Assembly (NCBI GenBank): GCA_002189035.1
Contig: NEEC01000019.1
Span: 124,001 to 188,000 of the forward strand
Source of the DNA: Utricularia gibba
Taxonomy: Eukaryota > Plantae > Magnoliophyta
Direction of reading: 5' to 3'
DNA: 64,000 nucleotides
Part shown: positions 14,561 through 27,099 of the stretch, one piece after another
How the letters are laid out: every line of letters starts with the position of its first letter
Numbering within the stretch: position 1 is the first letter of the stretch
Notes under the pieces: model-generated
Seen by the model: the letters and a program-made list of their open reading frames with translations, nothing else
Database searches by the model: none
What the model was told of the DNA's origin: nothing
Translations under genes and position numbers: made by a program

Positions 14561-16365
14561 TTTGGATTTTTTCTACGCCATATATGAGTTCTTAAATTCA
14601 ACCCTAGCATTAACACCCACAATCCTTTCTCTTAGGGCTTTCTCATTTATATATGTATTTATATATAATTGGACTCATATATTATTAATAATATACATAA
14701 TGATTCTAACTCTCTAACCACTATTTCCAAAAAATCCATTACTAAAAAGTGTTGATGATCTTGTAAAGCATAATGAAGCAACATCACAAACCAATTCAAT
14801 GGAAAATATTAGACACATAATTCCTGATCAATTTTGGAATGCTTATCATGAGAGACTTCATAATATTTATGGTCTATTTGGTTTGTGGGATAAATAATAT
14901 GTATTTACTTTCATTTACCATCAATGGAGCTTAGGTATTTTTTTAATATTACTTTAATTCACCCTCAACGAAGCAATTTATATCTTGATAATCCAAATTA
15001 CCTTATCAAAACTAGACACAAGAAAATATTTCTTTTCCTAATTAATTAAAAGAAAATATGTTTGACTATACTCATTGATTAACAGAAAATAGAATTAATT
15101 AATAAATGTTAAAAGCAAGTAAATATATTTTATTCTAGAACACTATTTATTTTAAAGTATTTATAATAAACTTTTTCATTTTTCCAGAATGCTCTCAAAT
15201 CTATTTATATTTATATTAAATATTTTTAAAACACTTTTTAACTTTATGAGGAGAAGTTTACAAATTTTTTCTCTTTATAGAATATTTTATATAGTTATTC
15301 TTTTGCATATAAAATATTAGACACGCAATAGTTGTATATATATTTTAAAATTTCAATGAAACTATACGTCGTTTTCTTCCAATTTCAACTTGAAATTCTT
15401 GAAGTGTATCTCATTGGATCTTTATCAAGTGACAAGCTCTACTCCAATTTCTAGATATGTCATACGTTTTCCTTGGATAAAAGATTGCCACGCATTTTCT
15501 CCAAATTTAAAGTGGCCGCTTTGTACATTGTAGTATCATTCCCAAGTCTTCTTGCCTGTTTTTTTCCATTCCACTCGTCTACTATCTGATCTACCATTGG
15601 GCTGCACACATGTGAGAAGCTTTTGACATGGATTGACATCGCATATAAATTAGTTGAAAACAATTTCACCTAGTTATGTGGGATACCACTCACTTCTCCA
15701 ATACATTTATTTAACAATATATGGAGTTCTTGCTGGCTACAGCTTCTCCTCTGCAACCCAAAAGATTCTTTACTATTTCCCCAATGGATGAACTGCCAAA
15801 GAGGGAGCGCCTTCTGCGGGAGCCTGAAAAATTTCAGGGCAGGGCAACCCAAAGAAGAACTGGTGCGCAGCAGTCCGAAAATCTCTCCTACTGGTCTGGT
15901 CTTAGCATCAAATAATGCATGCTCTATGGTGAATGACGAGATAAAAGATGGGATGAGGGTAGGCCCGTGTAGCCGTTAACAGTTAACGTCACGGACGGGT
16001 CGGATTTGAGCTTTGTTTATTTAAAATGGGCCTGCCTCATCAAAAGTGGTAGTTTCAGCAAAACAGGCAGAACAAAACAGTGTACGGACTTCCCATTGTC
16101 TTTTATGTTGTCTCTCGAGTCTCAACCCCCCCTCCCCTTGTTTTCTCTCCATTCCACGTGCTGCTTTCTTCCTTGAAACCTTTCGACTTGGAGCCCATGG
16201 TTTTCTTCGCTCAACCCACCAAATCCTTATCCCTCGGAACATTATTGTATAAGACTTGCTCCTCTTCACTTCCGCGCGTAGATCTTCCACTCTCCGCTCG
16301 TTTTTTCTTCCATGGCGGCGGTTCGGAGTTGCGCGTGAGGTGTTTGTGGAACGACGATTGGGGAT

Positions 16366-17580
16366 ATGGGTTCTGTCGGGACGATGAGGAGATCATCGGG
16401 TGAGGCGCTTGTGGGATCCGATAGAGCGATTAAGAAAAAGAAGAGTAGGAAGAATAGGTTGCGGAAGAGCTTGGTGTACTCCGTGGATTGGAATCTGCAG
16501 AAGGTGTTCGATGCTTGTTTGCATGTTTTCAAAGGCCCTGGCACCGTCCCTTCCTCCCAGGACGTGAAGAAGCTCTGCAGAATTCTTGGTCAGTTTTCTC
16601 GGTTGTTTTTGCCTCAGAGATAACGCGTTCAAAACACGCATGTAGATCTTTAATGAAAGATGACAGAATTTTTCCCAATTGTTGACAGATAGAATGGACC
16701 CTGAAGACGTGGGTCTCAGCCGGAGTCTGGGCTTCTTCCAACCCAAGACAGAATCCGAAGGCACACCAAGAGTAACCTCAGCAACCATATACAAATGTCC
16801 CAACTTTGAGGTTCGCACCCCTTCTTGGAAACGCCTTCGATATCATGTCATCGAGATAGCATATAGGAGCTCCAAGTGCTGATCCTTTTCCCCTCCTTTT
16901 TCTGCAGATGTGTATTTTCCTACTTCCATCCAACGCGCTAATACCTCTTCATAACCACCCAGAAATGACTGTGTTTAGCAAGCTTCTCATAGGAAAAATG
17001 CACATAAAAGCCTACGACTGGGCTGATGATCAAGTGACTGATTCGGCTTTGCCGTTGTCGTCTAAAAGTAAGTCTACTGTTTCATTTGGTTGAAGTGAAA
17101 CCTGTGATATAACGCTTCTATACTGATAAATCACGTTTCTGGAACTTAACCAGGTAGACTAGCGCAGCTTAAAGCCGACAGAGTATTCAGTGCTCCCAGT
17201 GACGCATCTGTGTTATATCCCACGTCTGGAGGAAACATCCATGAATTTAGAGCATTATCGCCTTGTGCTTTTCTTGATATCATCGGACCCCCATACTCGA
17301 AAGCCGACAACCGGGACTGCTCCTTCTACAAAGAAACTGAAGATGAGATTCCATCCGGTAGGAGATTCATCTAGTTACTTTTCAGGATTCAACTACCTTG
17401 GTTTCTATGCTCAAGCTGAAGTTGTATTGTTTTGTAACAGGCAGGGAAGAATTTGCCTGCTACAGATACCTTGAAGAGATAGACCCCCCAAAGGAATCAG
17501 AGATGGATGGAATCGAGTACATGGGGCCTCAAATTGTTGTTTCTGCTCCTAACCACGTGCCCGCCTTCTCTTCCTTGTGA
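16366..17580 (+). CDS. PCO: Plant cysteine oxidase (2-aminoethanethiol dioxygenase-like, PCO_ADO family), 5 exons
   Basis: Exons 16366-16588, 16689-16810, 16908-17067, 17154-17357, 17441-17580, all GT-AG and phase-consistent. Motifs VFKGPGTVPS, PEDVGL, IPLHNHPEMTVFSKLL (metal-binding HxH), GGNIHEF, LDIIGPPYS...RDC.FY. Paralog number not assignable. Confidence 0.93.
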
Positions 17581-17753
17581 TTGTTCTGCTTGATTGGTCG
17601 AATTGGTTGGGTGAACCAGTGAGACATAAGTGGAAGCTGGCATGGATTCTTCCTGTATAGCAGCGCTTGAAACTTGTCAGAACAATCCAACGAGAACATT
17701 GTTTTCATACCCTTCATAATTCAAATGATTTTTTTCTCATCCATGCAATGCCT

Positions 17754-18852
17754 TCATGTGTGTTCCGAAGGCAGCACTCCAGCACAAGATGAAGTGCCGC
17801 AGAAACAGGGACGACCATTCGGGTTGAGCCGAACATCGCCATAACTGAAAGTGAGTTCGTCTTCATCAATGTCTCGTGATGCGAAGAAGCAGACACGAGG
17901 CAGCAATGCGCCAGAGCTTCTCACGATAGCAGTATTGAGATTCCCGCCATCGCATGAATGATTGATGAATCTCGCAACGTTCCCGATCATCGTTGCGTCG
18001 ATGTTGATCCTCAGAGACGTTTTCCCATCTGAAAGATGCTCCTTCACGACCAGGAGGGCTGGAGTTATGCGGCCAGCAGATGCAAGTTTGTCGTAGGTTT
18101 GAAGTCTTCTTCTTGCTTCCTCCGTTGATAAAAGCTCGCCTTCAGCGGTTAGGAGTAGAAAGAATGAGAAATGTAACCCCGCAACTTCATACATTCAATT
18201 TGATCAGAAATCGAAAGAAATGAGAACAAGAGAAATATTGACCTGCATACTCGCAGATGAAATGCCCTCTGGGAATCATCTCCGCCGCGTACAATCCCCA
18301 ACCCTTTTCTCTACTCCTCACAATCTTCAACCGGCGCGTGATTCCTTGCTGAGTCGCGCGATTCCCACAACCCAAATCGCAGTCGCAACTAGGGCCACAT
18401 TCCCTCGACGTCAAATCCCCAATTTTCTCCAAGCATGGGCAACAACCACCGCCGCATCCAGCGCATTTGCATCCAAATGCATCCGTGACCTGGAACAGAA
18501 ACGGTTCGTTCCTAAACGGCGACAACAAGGCGTCGTCACCGGAGCCCCAGGGTTGGCGGAACTCGGATATCCTATAAATTCTTTGGGTCGGTGTGTAGAT
18601 GAAATAGGAGTAGGGCAGCGAGTCGCCGGAGTTTTGATTGACAAACGGGACCGGAAGGGCTTCCATTCCTCTACTGGAATCCAGTGTTCTTCGAGAAGTA
18701 ACTGATTTGCAAAGCTGGTTCAGAGTCTTGCAGGCCAATGACATGGAGGCGAGCTCCGTATGGCTAAGGTAGGGGAGGATCATGGCGGCGCACTGCAATA
18801 GAGCCTCACCGCCGTGGCGGCTGGTTTCCCGGCTACGATTTTCACCCTCCAT
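17754..18852 (-). CDS. SUVR3: Histone-lysine N-methyltransferase SUVR3-like (pre-SET/SET/post-SET), 2 exons
   Basis: Exons 18852-18243 and 18139-17754 join as CEYAG|ELL. Motifs ECGPSC.C...CGNR.TQ.G, KGWGLYA, NIDAT.IGNVARFINHSCDGGNL, ELTFSYG, post-SET CFCG...C.G.LP. Confidence 0.92.
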
Positions 18853-19299
18853 ATCAGAATTTTTCTAAATGAACTTTTCACCTCCGTTTCCTTTTATTTT
18901 TATTTTTCTATTTTCACGTAAAAGAATATGAATACAAAAATAATGGCAAAATAATGAGGGTAAAAAAAACGCGATTCTTTTAAACGTAAAATCGCTAGTA
19001 AATCTCCGTCGTCCATTCTTACAGAGGAATACGCCAATGTCCTCAACAATTCACCTTTTGCATCGACACACACTCCAAAACCAGAGTCATAAATGGTGCA
19101 AAGTAGAACATGACTTTCAACCAACATAAGATTGCAGAGGAATTGTCCAGATGTTATTCCACAAAAAAGTCCAATCTGAATTTGGTCAGCATTGAAGCAA
19201 CTGCAACCAAAACCTGTGGTGTTGTGATATTATTCTTACCGGTTCAAACCCGGAAGAACGAAATGATGGATCTTCAACCCAATTGGGGAGTCAGCTTTC

Positions 19300-22139
19300 C
19301 TACACATCCAGCAGCAGCCTGCGAGGATCTTCAACCACATCTTTGATTCTTCTCAAGAAGAAGACAGCTTCTCTCCCATCAATCAGCCGATGATCATATG
19401 TTAGTGCAAGATTCATCATAGGCCGAGCAACTATGTTGCCCCCAACAACCATGGGACGGTTAACTATGGAGTGCATTCCCAAGATGGCAGACTGCGGTTC
19501 ATACATATAATATTAGCAACAGCATACCTCTCAGCAAACGTAATTAAAAAGACAGTTTCGTGAAGTGGAAAACCTGAGGTGGATTGATGATGGGAGTACT
19601 CAGGAGGCTTCCATAGACACCACCATTTGAGATGGTGAATGTTCCTCCAGCCATCTCATCGATGGATATAGTGCCATCGTTGGCCTTCTTAGCAAGAATA
19701 TTGATCGATTTCTCAACCTCGGCAAAATTCATATTCTCAGCATTGCGAAGAACAGGGACAACAAGACCCTGGAAAAGAACGATCATTATGGACACAGGTT
19801 ACAAAAACTGCCGTGTGCAAAATGTTTAAGATGGTGGGTGCAAGGGGCGGAGCTAATCTTGCCTTGGGAGTACCAACAGCAATGCTAATATCCACGTAGT
19901 CTCTGTAAATGATATCATCGCCATCAATAACAGCATTCACTATTGGCTGCATCTGTAAAGCGCTGATAGCAGCCTGGAAATGTAGAAGCAAGTATAGAAT
20001 AACTCAACAGCAATGAAAAATTGAAGGTAAATTTTAGCATACCTTCACAAACCCTGACATCAGTCCAAGCTTTACACCATGTTTTTCAAGAAACGCTTCT
20101 TTGTAGTCAGAACGAAGTTTCATTAAGTTAGTCCTGCGTCAACAAAAATGTTGCTACTTTTATGTAACTCAGAAAAGACTGAATGGGAACTGCGATCCAA
20201 TGGCAATGGCAGGCATGATGCACTCAATACAACTGAATAATACGTAACATGCTATACAGGAATCTTTGGCTCCACAAGCAAAACAGGTACTATACGAAAC
20301 TTACATGTCAACTTCATTAAACGTTGTCAGCAATGCAAATGTATTCTGAGAATCCTTCAGTCGTACTGCAACACGTTTCCTGAGCCTTGTCATGGGCACC
20401 TATTTCAATTGTAGAGCAAGAGGTTATGATACATCATCTTATTTCACCATAGCTAAACAAGAGAACATTCAGAGATCTTGCACATACACGTCTTTCCCTA
20501 TCTTTAGGAGGAAGCTGAGGTTCTACTGCTGTAGGCTTTGGTGGCGGGGCAGTACCCTTAGGCTTCTCCACAATAGGGGCGGCTTCAACCTTGGTAGGCT
20601 TCTCCTTTTTCTCTTCAGGAGGCGATGAAGGTCTTGGAACTTTTTCAGAAGGTTTCTCATCAGATGGCGCAACATGAGTTGCAGTTTCACCAGATTTCGA
20701 TATGATAGCAACCTTGGTACCAGGTTCCACTGTATCTCCCTCCTTGGCAAGCAACTGAGGACATGCATGAAGGGGTAAAAAAAGAAAGAAGAACAATCTG
20801 CTCCCAAAGCTAAGAAATACCAAGAAGTCATGTTCCCCGTGGGGCCTACCTCCAGGATAACACCCGCTTCAGGACTATTGACATCGATAGTAACCTGTGA
20901 TTGTAAGAAAATATCAGCCAATATTTGGAAATACATTTTAGTAGACTCTCTGTAATGCTCACTTATCGCCAATCAAATTTTAACTGGCATGGAGCAAGAA
21001 TTAGTGGAGTAAATCGATAGGTTTGAACAATTAACTAGTCTCCGTTTGGTACCTTATCCGTTTCAAGAATTAATGGAGTGAACCGACAGAAATGGAGTAA
21101 CATTGGTACCTTATCCGTTTCAACCTGGGCAATTGGCTCATCCACCTCAACTCTGTCTCCGGGCTCTGCTCCGTCAAACAGGAAGGGGTACAAAAAAAAA
21201 AGCAATCAAAAACTTCAGGTATGTCCCCTTTGGAAATTCACTAGTTGAAATAACATTCAAGGAAGATACTTTTCAAGAATGTTGCTAATGTTCCATCAGA
21301 TATAGATTCACCCATATACGGGACAACAGCTTCAAATGTATCAGCTTCTGTTTGAGAGTCAACAGGAAACGGGCAAATGTTAGTGTGAGATCATCAACAA
21401 AAAAATTATAAATGTACACCATTTCACATAATGTTGAAATACAGCAATATTTCTTCCCATAAAATGCACATCTAAAACTCAACCAATTTTCTCAAAAAAA
21501 GAAAACCGGTAAAAAGAATACCACTGCCAGAACTAAAATGCATTCTTGATATCCCAAATGCACCTCGATGGAGATTGATCCCATGAACCCTGAAAACGAC
21601 ACAAAACATGAACATATGTGAGGTGAAAACATATTAGGATCAAAATTTACTAGGAACCATTAGTTAGAAAGAGGAAGAAGAAGAAGAAGAAACACCTGTT
21701 GGGGGTTGAATTGGTGCTACGAACTGCATACAAATGGAGGAAAAATAACAAAAAAGATATTCAATCATGCAATCCGTTAAAAGAAGCAGGTAGCATAATA
21801 CGAAAGCAGGAAGTAATACCAGTGGTATAGGACTGACAGGATTGTAAGACCTAATCATAAAACAATAAGGGGCACAATGTCTTATCTCCATAAAAAAAAC
21901 CGACAAAATCCAACAGGTAGATGAAACTGGAACTACAATTACCCTTCCAGAAAATGAGCTTGAACGATCCACACACACAGCAGGCCTCAGCCTAAACGAT
22001 GATTTCCCATAGACCTAATAAAAAAATTACAGCTCAATCATCTCGTCACCCCTTGGTACAAAATCCGTAATAACAAAGCAAGAATTACCGCACAGGCCAA
22101 TGCACTGGAAGCGGTCTTCCGCCTCAATACCCCCAACAT
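19300..22139 (-). CDS. DLST: Dihydrolipoyllysine-residue succinyltransferase (E2) of mitochondrial 2-oxoglutarate dehydrogenase, multi-exon
   Basis: Exon 1 (22139-22089) [17 protein letters not shown] is transit-peptide-like. Lipoyl domain [13 protein letters not shown]...AQVETDK|VTIDV; Pro/Lys/Glu linker; [30 protein letters not shown]; [25 protein letters not shown]|SAILGMH; [14 protein letters not shown]...LLLDV*. Small N-terminal exons were only partly resolved by eye. Confidence 0.96.
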
Positions 22140-22430
22140 AATGGGTTTGATAGCTACAGCTGCAGGAAACGTCAATTAATACGATAAGCCACTGAAGAAC
22201 CGCGTTAAACAATGGGGAAAAAGTTAACTTCCACGCCCACAACAGGAAACAGATCTCAAAATGAAAAATTGATAAACAGATGATTCAGGGATAAAAGGAG
22301 ATACCTTGTCTGCTAGATGGCTTGAAGCTCCAGGAATAGATTAGGGCGCAACTTCTTCAACTCTTAGGATCGCTTTTTTGACTGCAGGGGTGGAAGCCAT
22401 TTGGAAAGGATACTCCAGGAAGGGGGAAAT

Positions 22431-22485
22431 TGGGCTTGAGATTTTCTTAAGAATGATTCTGTGCTTATATGTGGCCCGTTGGGCC
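22431..22485. promoter_or_regulatory. Site II (TGGGCY) cluster upstream of DLST
   Basis: TGGGCT at 22431-22436, GGCCC at 22473-22477 and TGGGCC at 22480-22485. Site II/TCP motifs are typical of promoters of plant nuclear genes for mitochondrial proteins. Confidence 0.5.
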
Positions 22486-22919
22486 TTTCTACAAAATATA
22501 TCATTTTTTGAAATGCAAAAGAAAAATATCAGACCATTTTTTAGAAAACCAAGTCCATGCAATCTCTGTAATTTCCAAAGTATTTGATTGGATATGATTA
22601 TTAGGTGAATCATATTCCGTGATTTGCTTCAGGAATTTAAAAAATAAAAATTATAAAATTTGTATAGGAATAAAACTCCGGCCTGAGCCAATTGCGTTGG
22701 CTTTATAATTGTGTAAATATAAAAATCACTACAATAATAAAAACATTATTCTTCTTTAATAGAAGTATAAAATCAATCAAGTCAAGAGAACCATTTTGAT
22801 CTTAATCCTAACAACTCACAGTTTCATAGATGAATTAGTCCAAATATATCTTAGCAATAACATCTAACTATTATTCTTGAGTACTTGAAACTAATTTTAG
22901 ATTTTTCCACAGTTACTTA

Positions 22920-23846
22920 GGCCATGTTTGGTTGGACAATTTAGGTAGGTTTTCGTGTGGGTTTATAGATAAACCCACGTTTGGTACATGGGTTTCAAAC
23001 GAGTAAAAATAAACTCGCATGTTGTTTATATATTTGGTAGGAACCTATCGAGCTGGGTTTAATTAAATCTAAAGAGGATGGTCGGTTTAGCTAAACAAGG
23101 GCACTCCTTCCAATTCTACCTTCATCCTCATATAAATATAAATGTAGGTCTACCAGAAACCAGACTCAAGCATTGCAAATGCAGATCTATCTACCAATAT
23201 TTTTGAAAGTTGGAATTCCTACATATCTGTAGTAGATTTATTCAGATCTATAGCATATTTGTCCAGATCTATTCAAATATGTTGAAGAAGAAGAAAAAGA
23301 AAAGGAAGAAGAAGAAAAAAAAAAAGAAAGAAGAAGAAGAAGATGATGAAGATAAAGATAAATATGAAAATACTAACACCATGTCTATTATTGTGGGTTT
23401 TCGTTTTTTATGCTAAATATGAGTTTTTGTTTTGAAGATGAGTACCGCGTCTATTATTATATGGTGCTTGCTGTTAAATGTGAGTTTTTGTTTTAAAGAC
23501 GAGCACCGCATCTATTATTATACAATGCTCATTATAAAATAAAATTTCAACTAAGTACTGTGATTTATACTATATGATGCTCGATTGAATTTATAAAATG
23601 ATATAAAAAACTAAAATATGTGATAATTTATTTTAATTAACTAAAAGATATATTGGTAATTTTGTGTATATATTTATCATATATCTAATTTTATACTCAT
23701 GTACTAAACGTGATTTTATCTTAAACTCAAATAAATTAAACTCATCAACCAAATATGAATAATCTTCTAAACTCATAAAATCCATTTACCTAAACCCAAA
23801 CAAACTAAACCCGAGTTTAAACGCTACCTAACAACCAAACATGGCT
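22920..23846. mobile_element. Non-autonomous PIF/Harbinger (Tourist-like) element, 927 bp
   Basis: TIRs GGCCATGTTTGGTTG and CAACCAAACATGGCT (14/15), with TTA on both flanks (22917-22919, 23847-23849). Interior has a GAA/A-rich tract and a two-copy ~60-bp tandem repeat (~23415-23530). Confidence 0.88.
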
Positions 23847-23944
23847 TTAAGGTTTTGTGATAATCAAACTATGTTGGTAATCATTGCTAAAAAAAAAATC
23901 CAACCTTAAATTACATGTAAAATAACATAATAAAATAATCACAC

Positions 23945-25134
23945 TAATAATACATATTTTTTATCAATTGAATACTAGGAAATGACTCATATTGTGCTAT
24001 AAAACTTAAACTTTACTACCTAGTTATATATTTTTGTGCATAAGACCATAATTGTGTTTCTTTAGTTTTAGTTGGGACTAAATCAACCTTACTTTTAATA
24101 ATTTTCTTTGAGCAATGCAACACATGTCGTCAATACAAATCCCAAGGAGTCGAATATGAACAATATAATGGTAGAGGATAAGGCAAAAGTCTAAAATGAA
24201 GAACGCAAAATCTAAGGAAATGAAAACGGAGGATTTTGGACAAAAAGGGGACAAGATGGAAAGAGAAAAAAAACTCTCCCATTAGAGACACACGACACAT
24301 CTTTTTGGAGAATTTTTTCTGAGGGAAGAAGGGGGAGGACGACGATCCAGAAAAACAAGTTTCCCTTTGAAGATTTTCTTTCGTTCTGAATGAATACTGT
24401 CCCTAATTGAGACTAGTTTTAGTTTTCCCTACGTGAACAATTTCCTATTTATGCTCTGTTATGCATCTTTTGTTGTTGTTTAACTTTGAGACCAGAATGT
24501 TGCTTTGAATATATTATGAAAATGTTTTCCTTTTCTTTATTATGAGTGGTTAAGTACTTAAAGGGGTGCCTTGGGGTGAAAAGGGGAGAAATGTGATAGT
24601 CAATCTTTACACCTAATCAATTATAAGTTACACTACTTCCTTAACAAACCAAGATAGATCCAGGAGGAGAAAGTAGTGAAACTCATCTTAACAACCTTAA
24701 TTAGAGGTAGACCAAAGATTAGGGGAAAAACAAGAGTTTTGGTAGACTTAGACTTTGTTTATTAGTTGTTTGATTGATTGTTTGTTTAAGCATGTTTAGT
24801 GATAGGCATAGATCCCCTGCGAGTCCCAAAGCATCACCCATTTTATTCCACGAACAATCGAGTTCAGAAGTTTGTTACTTTTCTTTACTATACTTTATCG
24901 CAACTCTGCCTTAATTATAGTTAAGACTAAATCTATCAACGTGATATTGATTGCATGCATTGACTTTCACATAACAAGCACATGGCTCCTTGTGTTCGAC
25001 TCTAATCCACCATGCTCATATTTTTCATATGATTTGATGTGAATTAAGTTTATAAATTTTATTTAATAGGAGAAATTTTCATTTTAATGATGTGCAATAT
25101 TTTTCGTTTATCAAATTGGCACTGTTGCTGGGGA
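23945..25134 (+). mobile_element. Degenerate Athila LTR (family alpha) with tRNA-Asp PBS; internal region truncated
   Basis: Ends ttttcgtttatca (25113), followed by aattggcactgttgctgggga, a decayed TGGCGCCGTTGCCGGGGA. The same downstream text follows the LTR at 58481. Left boundary approximate. Confidence 0.7.
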
Positions 25135-27099
25135 GCGGTGTTTTATTGTTTTGTGATTCGGTTGATGCATTTGCGTTTTTCTGGTGTAGGTGATCTTGTT
25201 TAAGTAAACTTGAATTTTTGTTTATCAGATGAATGATTTGTGGTTTGATTGGAATAATTGTAAGGATAAAAATGTTGTTTGTGGAAGTGCCAAGTCATCA
25301 TCTTATTTCTTTTTAAATAAAAATATAATCTTACTCATTTATTCTTTTACTATTTGTTATTATCAAGCTGTCTTAGTCTTAAGTTAAACTTAATTTTTCA
25401 TTGAAACAAAAACAAAATACATTAGACTTCATATGAAAAAGAAAAAACTTTTTGTATTCAGCCTTAAGTTACTATTCTCGTATTTATTATATGATTAGTT
25501 GTAAATTAGGCTTATAACTTTATTTGTCAAGAAAGATTTGCATTTATTAAACCACACTTGCAAATTTTCCACTTATTAGATGTTTTATTCAACTCTTTTA
25601 ATACTATCTTTAAACATTATCTATAACCTGAATCTTATATCAATTCTCCATTTTTACACCTCTTTTTGAGTTCAATTTCATGTATTGTCAAATTCACAAA
25701 TTATTGGATATTAATTTCTCTTCAAATTGATACAAAATAGAAAATATAAAAATATTTTTGGATGACATAAAATCTCTTATTAAGATTTCAAATGCTTAGT
25801 ACACAAAAAAATTAAATGAAAAAGGGAGGCATGAGATTTATGTATTGTAGATGTATAAGACAATTTTTAATATTAAATTAGGATAATCTAATATTTTGTT
25901 GAATGTAAAAAATACTTCCAAGATATTTCTTATCCTAAATTAAATTTAATAACTAAATTCTCTTTCTTATATAATAATTTCATTAAAACATTTTTTAATA
26001 TATAAAGTCTTTTGCGACCCATGAATATCTCTGTAAAAAAAGAGGCTTGTTGAGTCATAATATCATTAATATTGAATGAATATTTATTGTTTTTATTTTC
26101 AGAATTTTTATTATATATGTATTTATAAATATGTATTTTTAAAAGATATTGTGCATTCAATATTATTATATATAAGTATAACAAAATGAAATTAAAAAAA
26201 ATACATTTACGAAATATTTAAAAAATAATAATGACCATAAGTGACATTATTTTTAAAGTATAAAGAATAAGAAAACTTTTGAATATACCTTATAATTATA
26301 ACATCTAAATAAACAAATCATTTGGAGAAAAAATTATAAATGAATATTTGAAAAAAATTATAAATGAGTTATTGAATGAATAAATTTATGGATATTGCAA
26401 ATATAGTATAGACATATCAAGGACTCTCTGAAATATCATCATTTTTCTTTTTAATATGTACAAAAACTTTCTTATTTTCCACTTATAAAAACTGTTCCAA
26501 AAAAAATGTTTCTATTGAAGTGATCTTCTTGGAGCAAAGAGTATTTTCAAAATGAGTATTTGTTTCGTTTAGACCAGAATTCTATTTTATAAACTGTTCC
26601 ATGTGAGTGTTTTTTATTTATAATTATAATTATACACTTGTAAATTATTTTTAAATAAACAATATCACCGTATGATTGGAGCCACTAAATTTATTGCCTC
26701 ATTTTCTTTTGTTAGATTCACCTTACCACTCTAAAGGTGAAAATAAAGGATCTTCAAACTTGCTAGATCTATCTTTGATTTCTGAAAAATTTCTTTGCTC
26801 TTATCGTTTTCAAGTATTGGAAATCTCTAATAATTGGTGGAAGGTATGGTGATTTTATGTATAGATTTGCGTTTGCATATAAAAGTGGCATTTTAGTTAC
26901 CTTGCTACCTATTTCATGCTTTTGGTGTAATGAAGAAGGATATGTTAGAGAACTATGAATGTTTTATGCAAGTTTATAAATAAAATATATCAATAAGATA
27001 AAATATAGATTTGCAAGAAAAATTTGTAATACATGTTATATTTGCATGCATAAAATAAGATGAATTATTTTTCGTAATAATAATATAGATAAATTTAAA

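Noticed and set aside
15400-15980. Short ORFs upstream of PCO as a possible small gene
   Set aside because: No recognisable domain, splice structure or consistent frame. Treated as promoter or unknown.
16194-16205. Hypoxia-responsive promoter element-like AAACCATGGGC on the minus strand upstream of PCO
   Set aside because: One mismatch to the HRPE consensus in a short motif, and it may lie in the 5' UTR. Not distinguishable from chance.
18220-18705. 161-aa ORF antisense to SUVR3, and similar ORFs over PCO and SMXL4/5
   Set aside because: Expected antisense shadows of GC-rich coding exons.
21167-21269. DLST intron starting GTATCTTCC as a third U12-type intron
   Set aside because: The donor has T at +6 instead of the near-invariant C, and the only branch-like sequence (TTTGAC) is a poor match just 8 nt from the AG. 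More likely an ordinary U2 intron.
23210-23416. Lys/Glu-rich ORF (KKKKK...EEEEDD)
   Set aside because: Translation of a GAA/A simple repeat inside the Tourist-like element.
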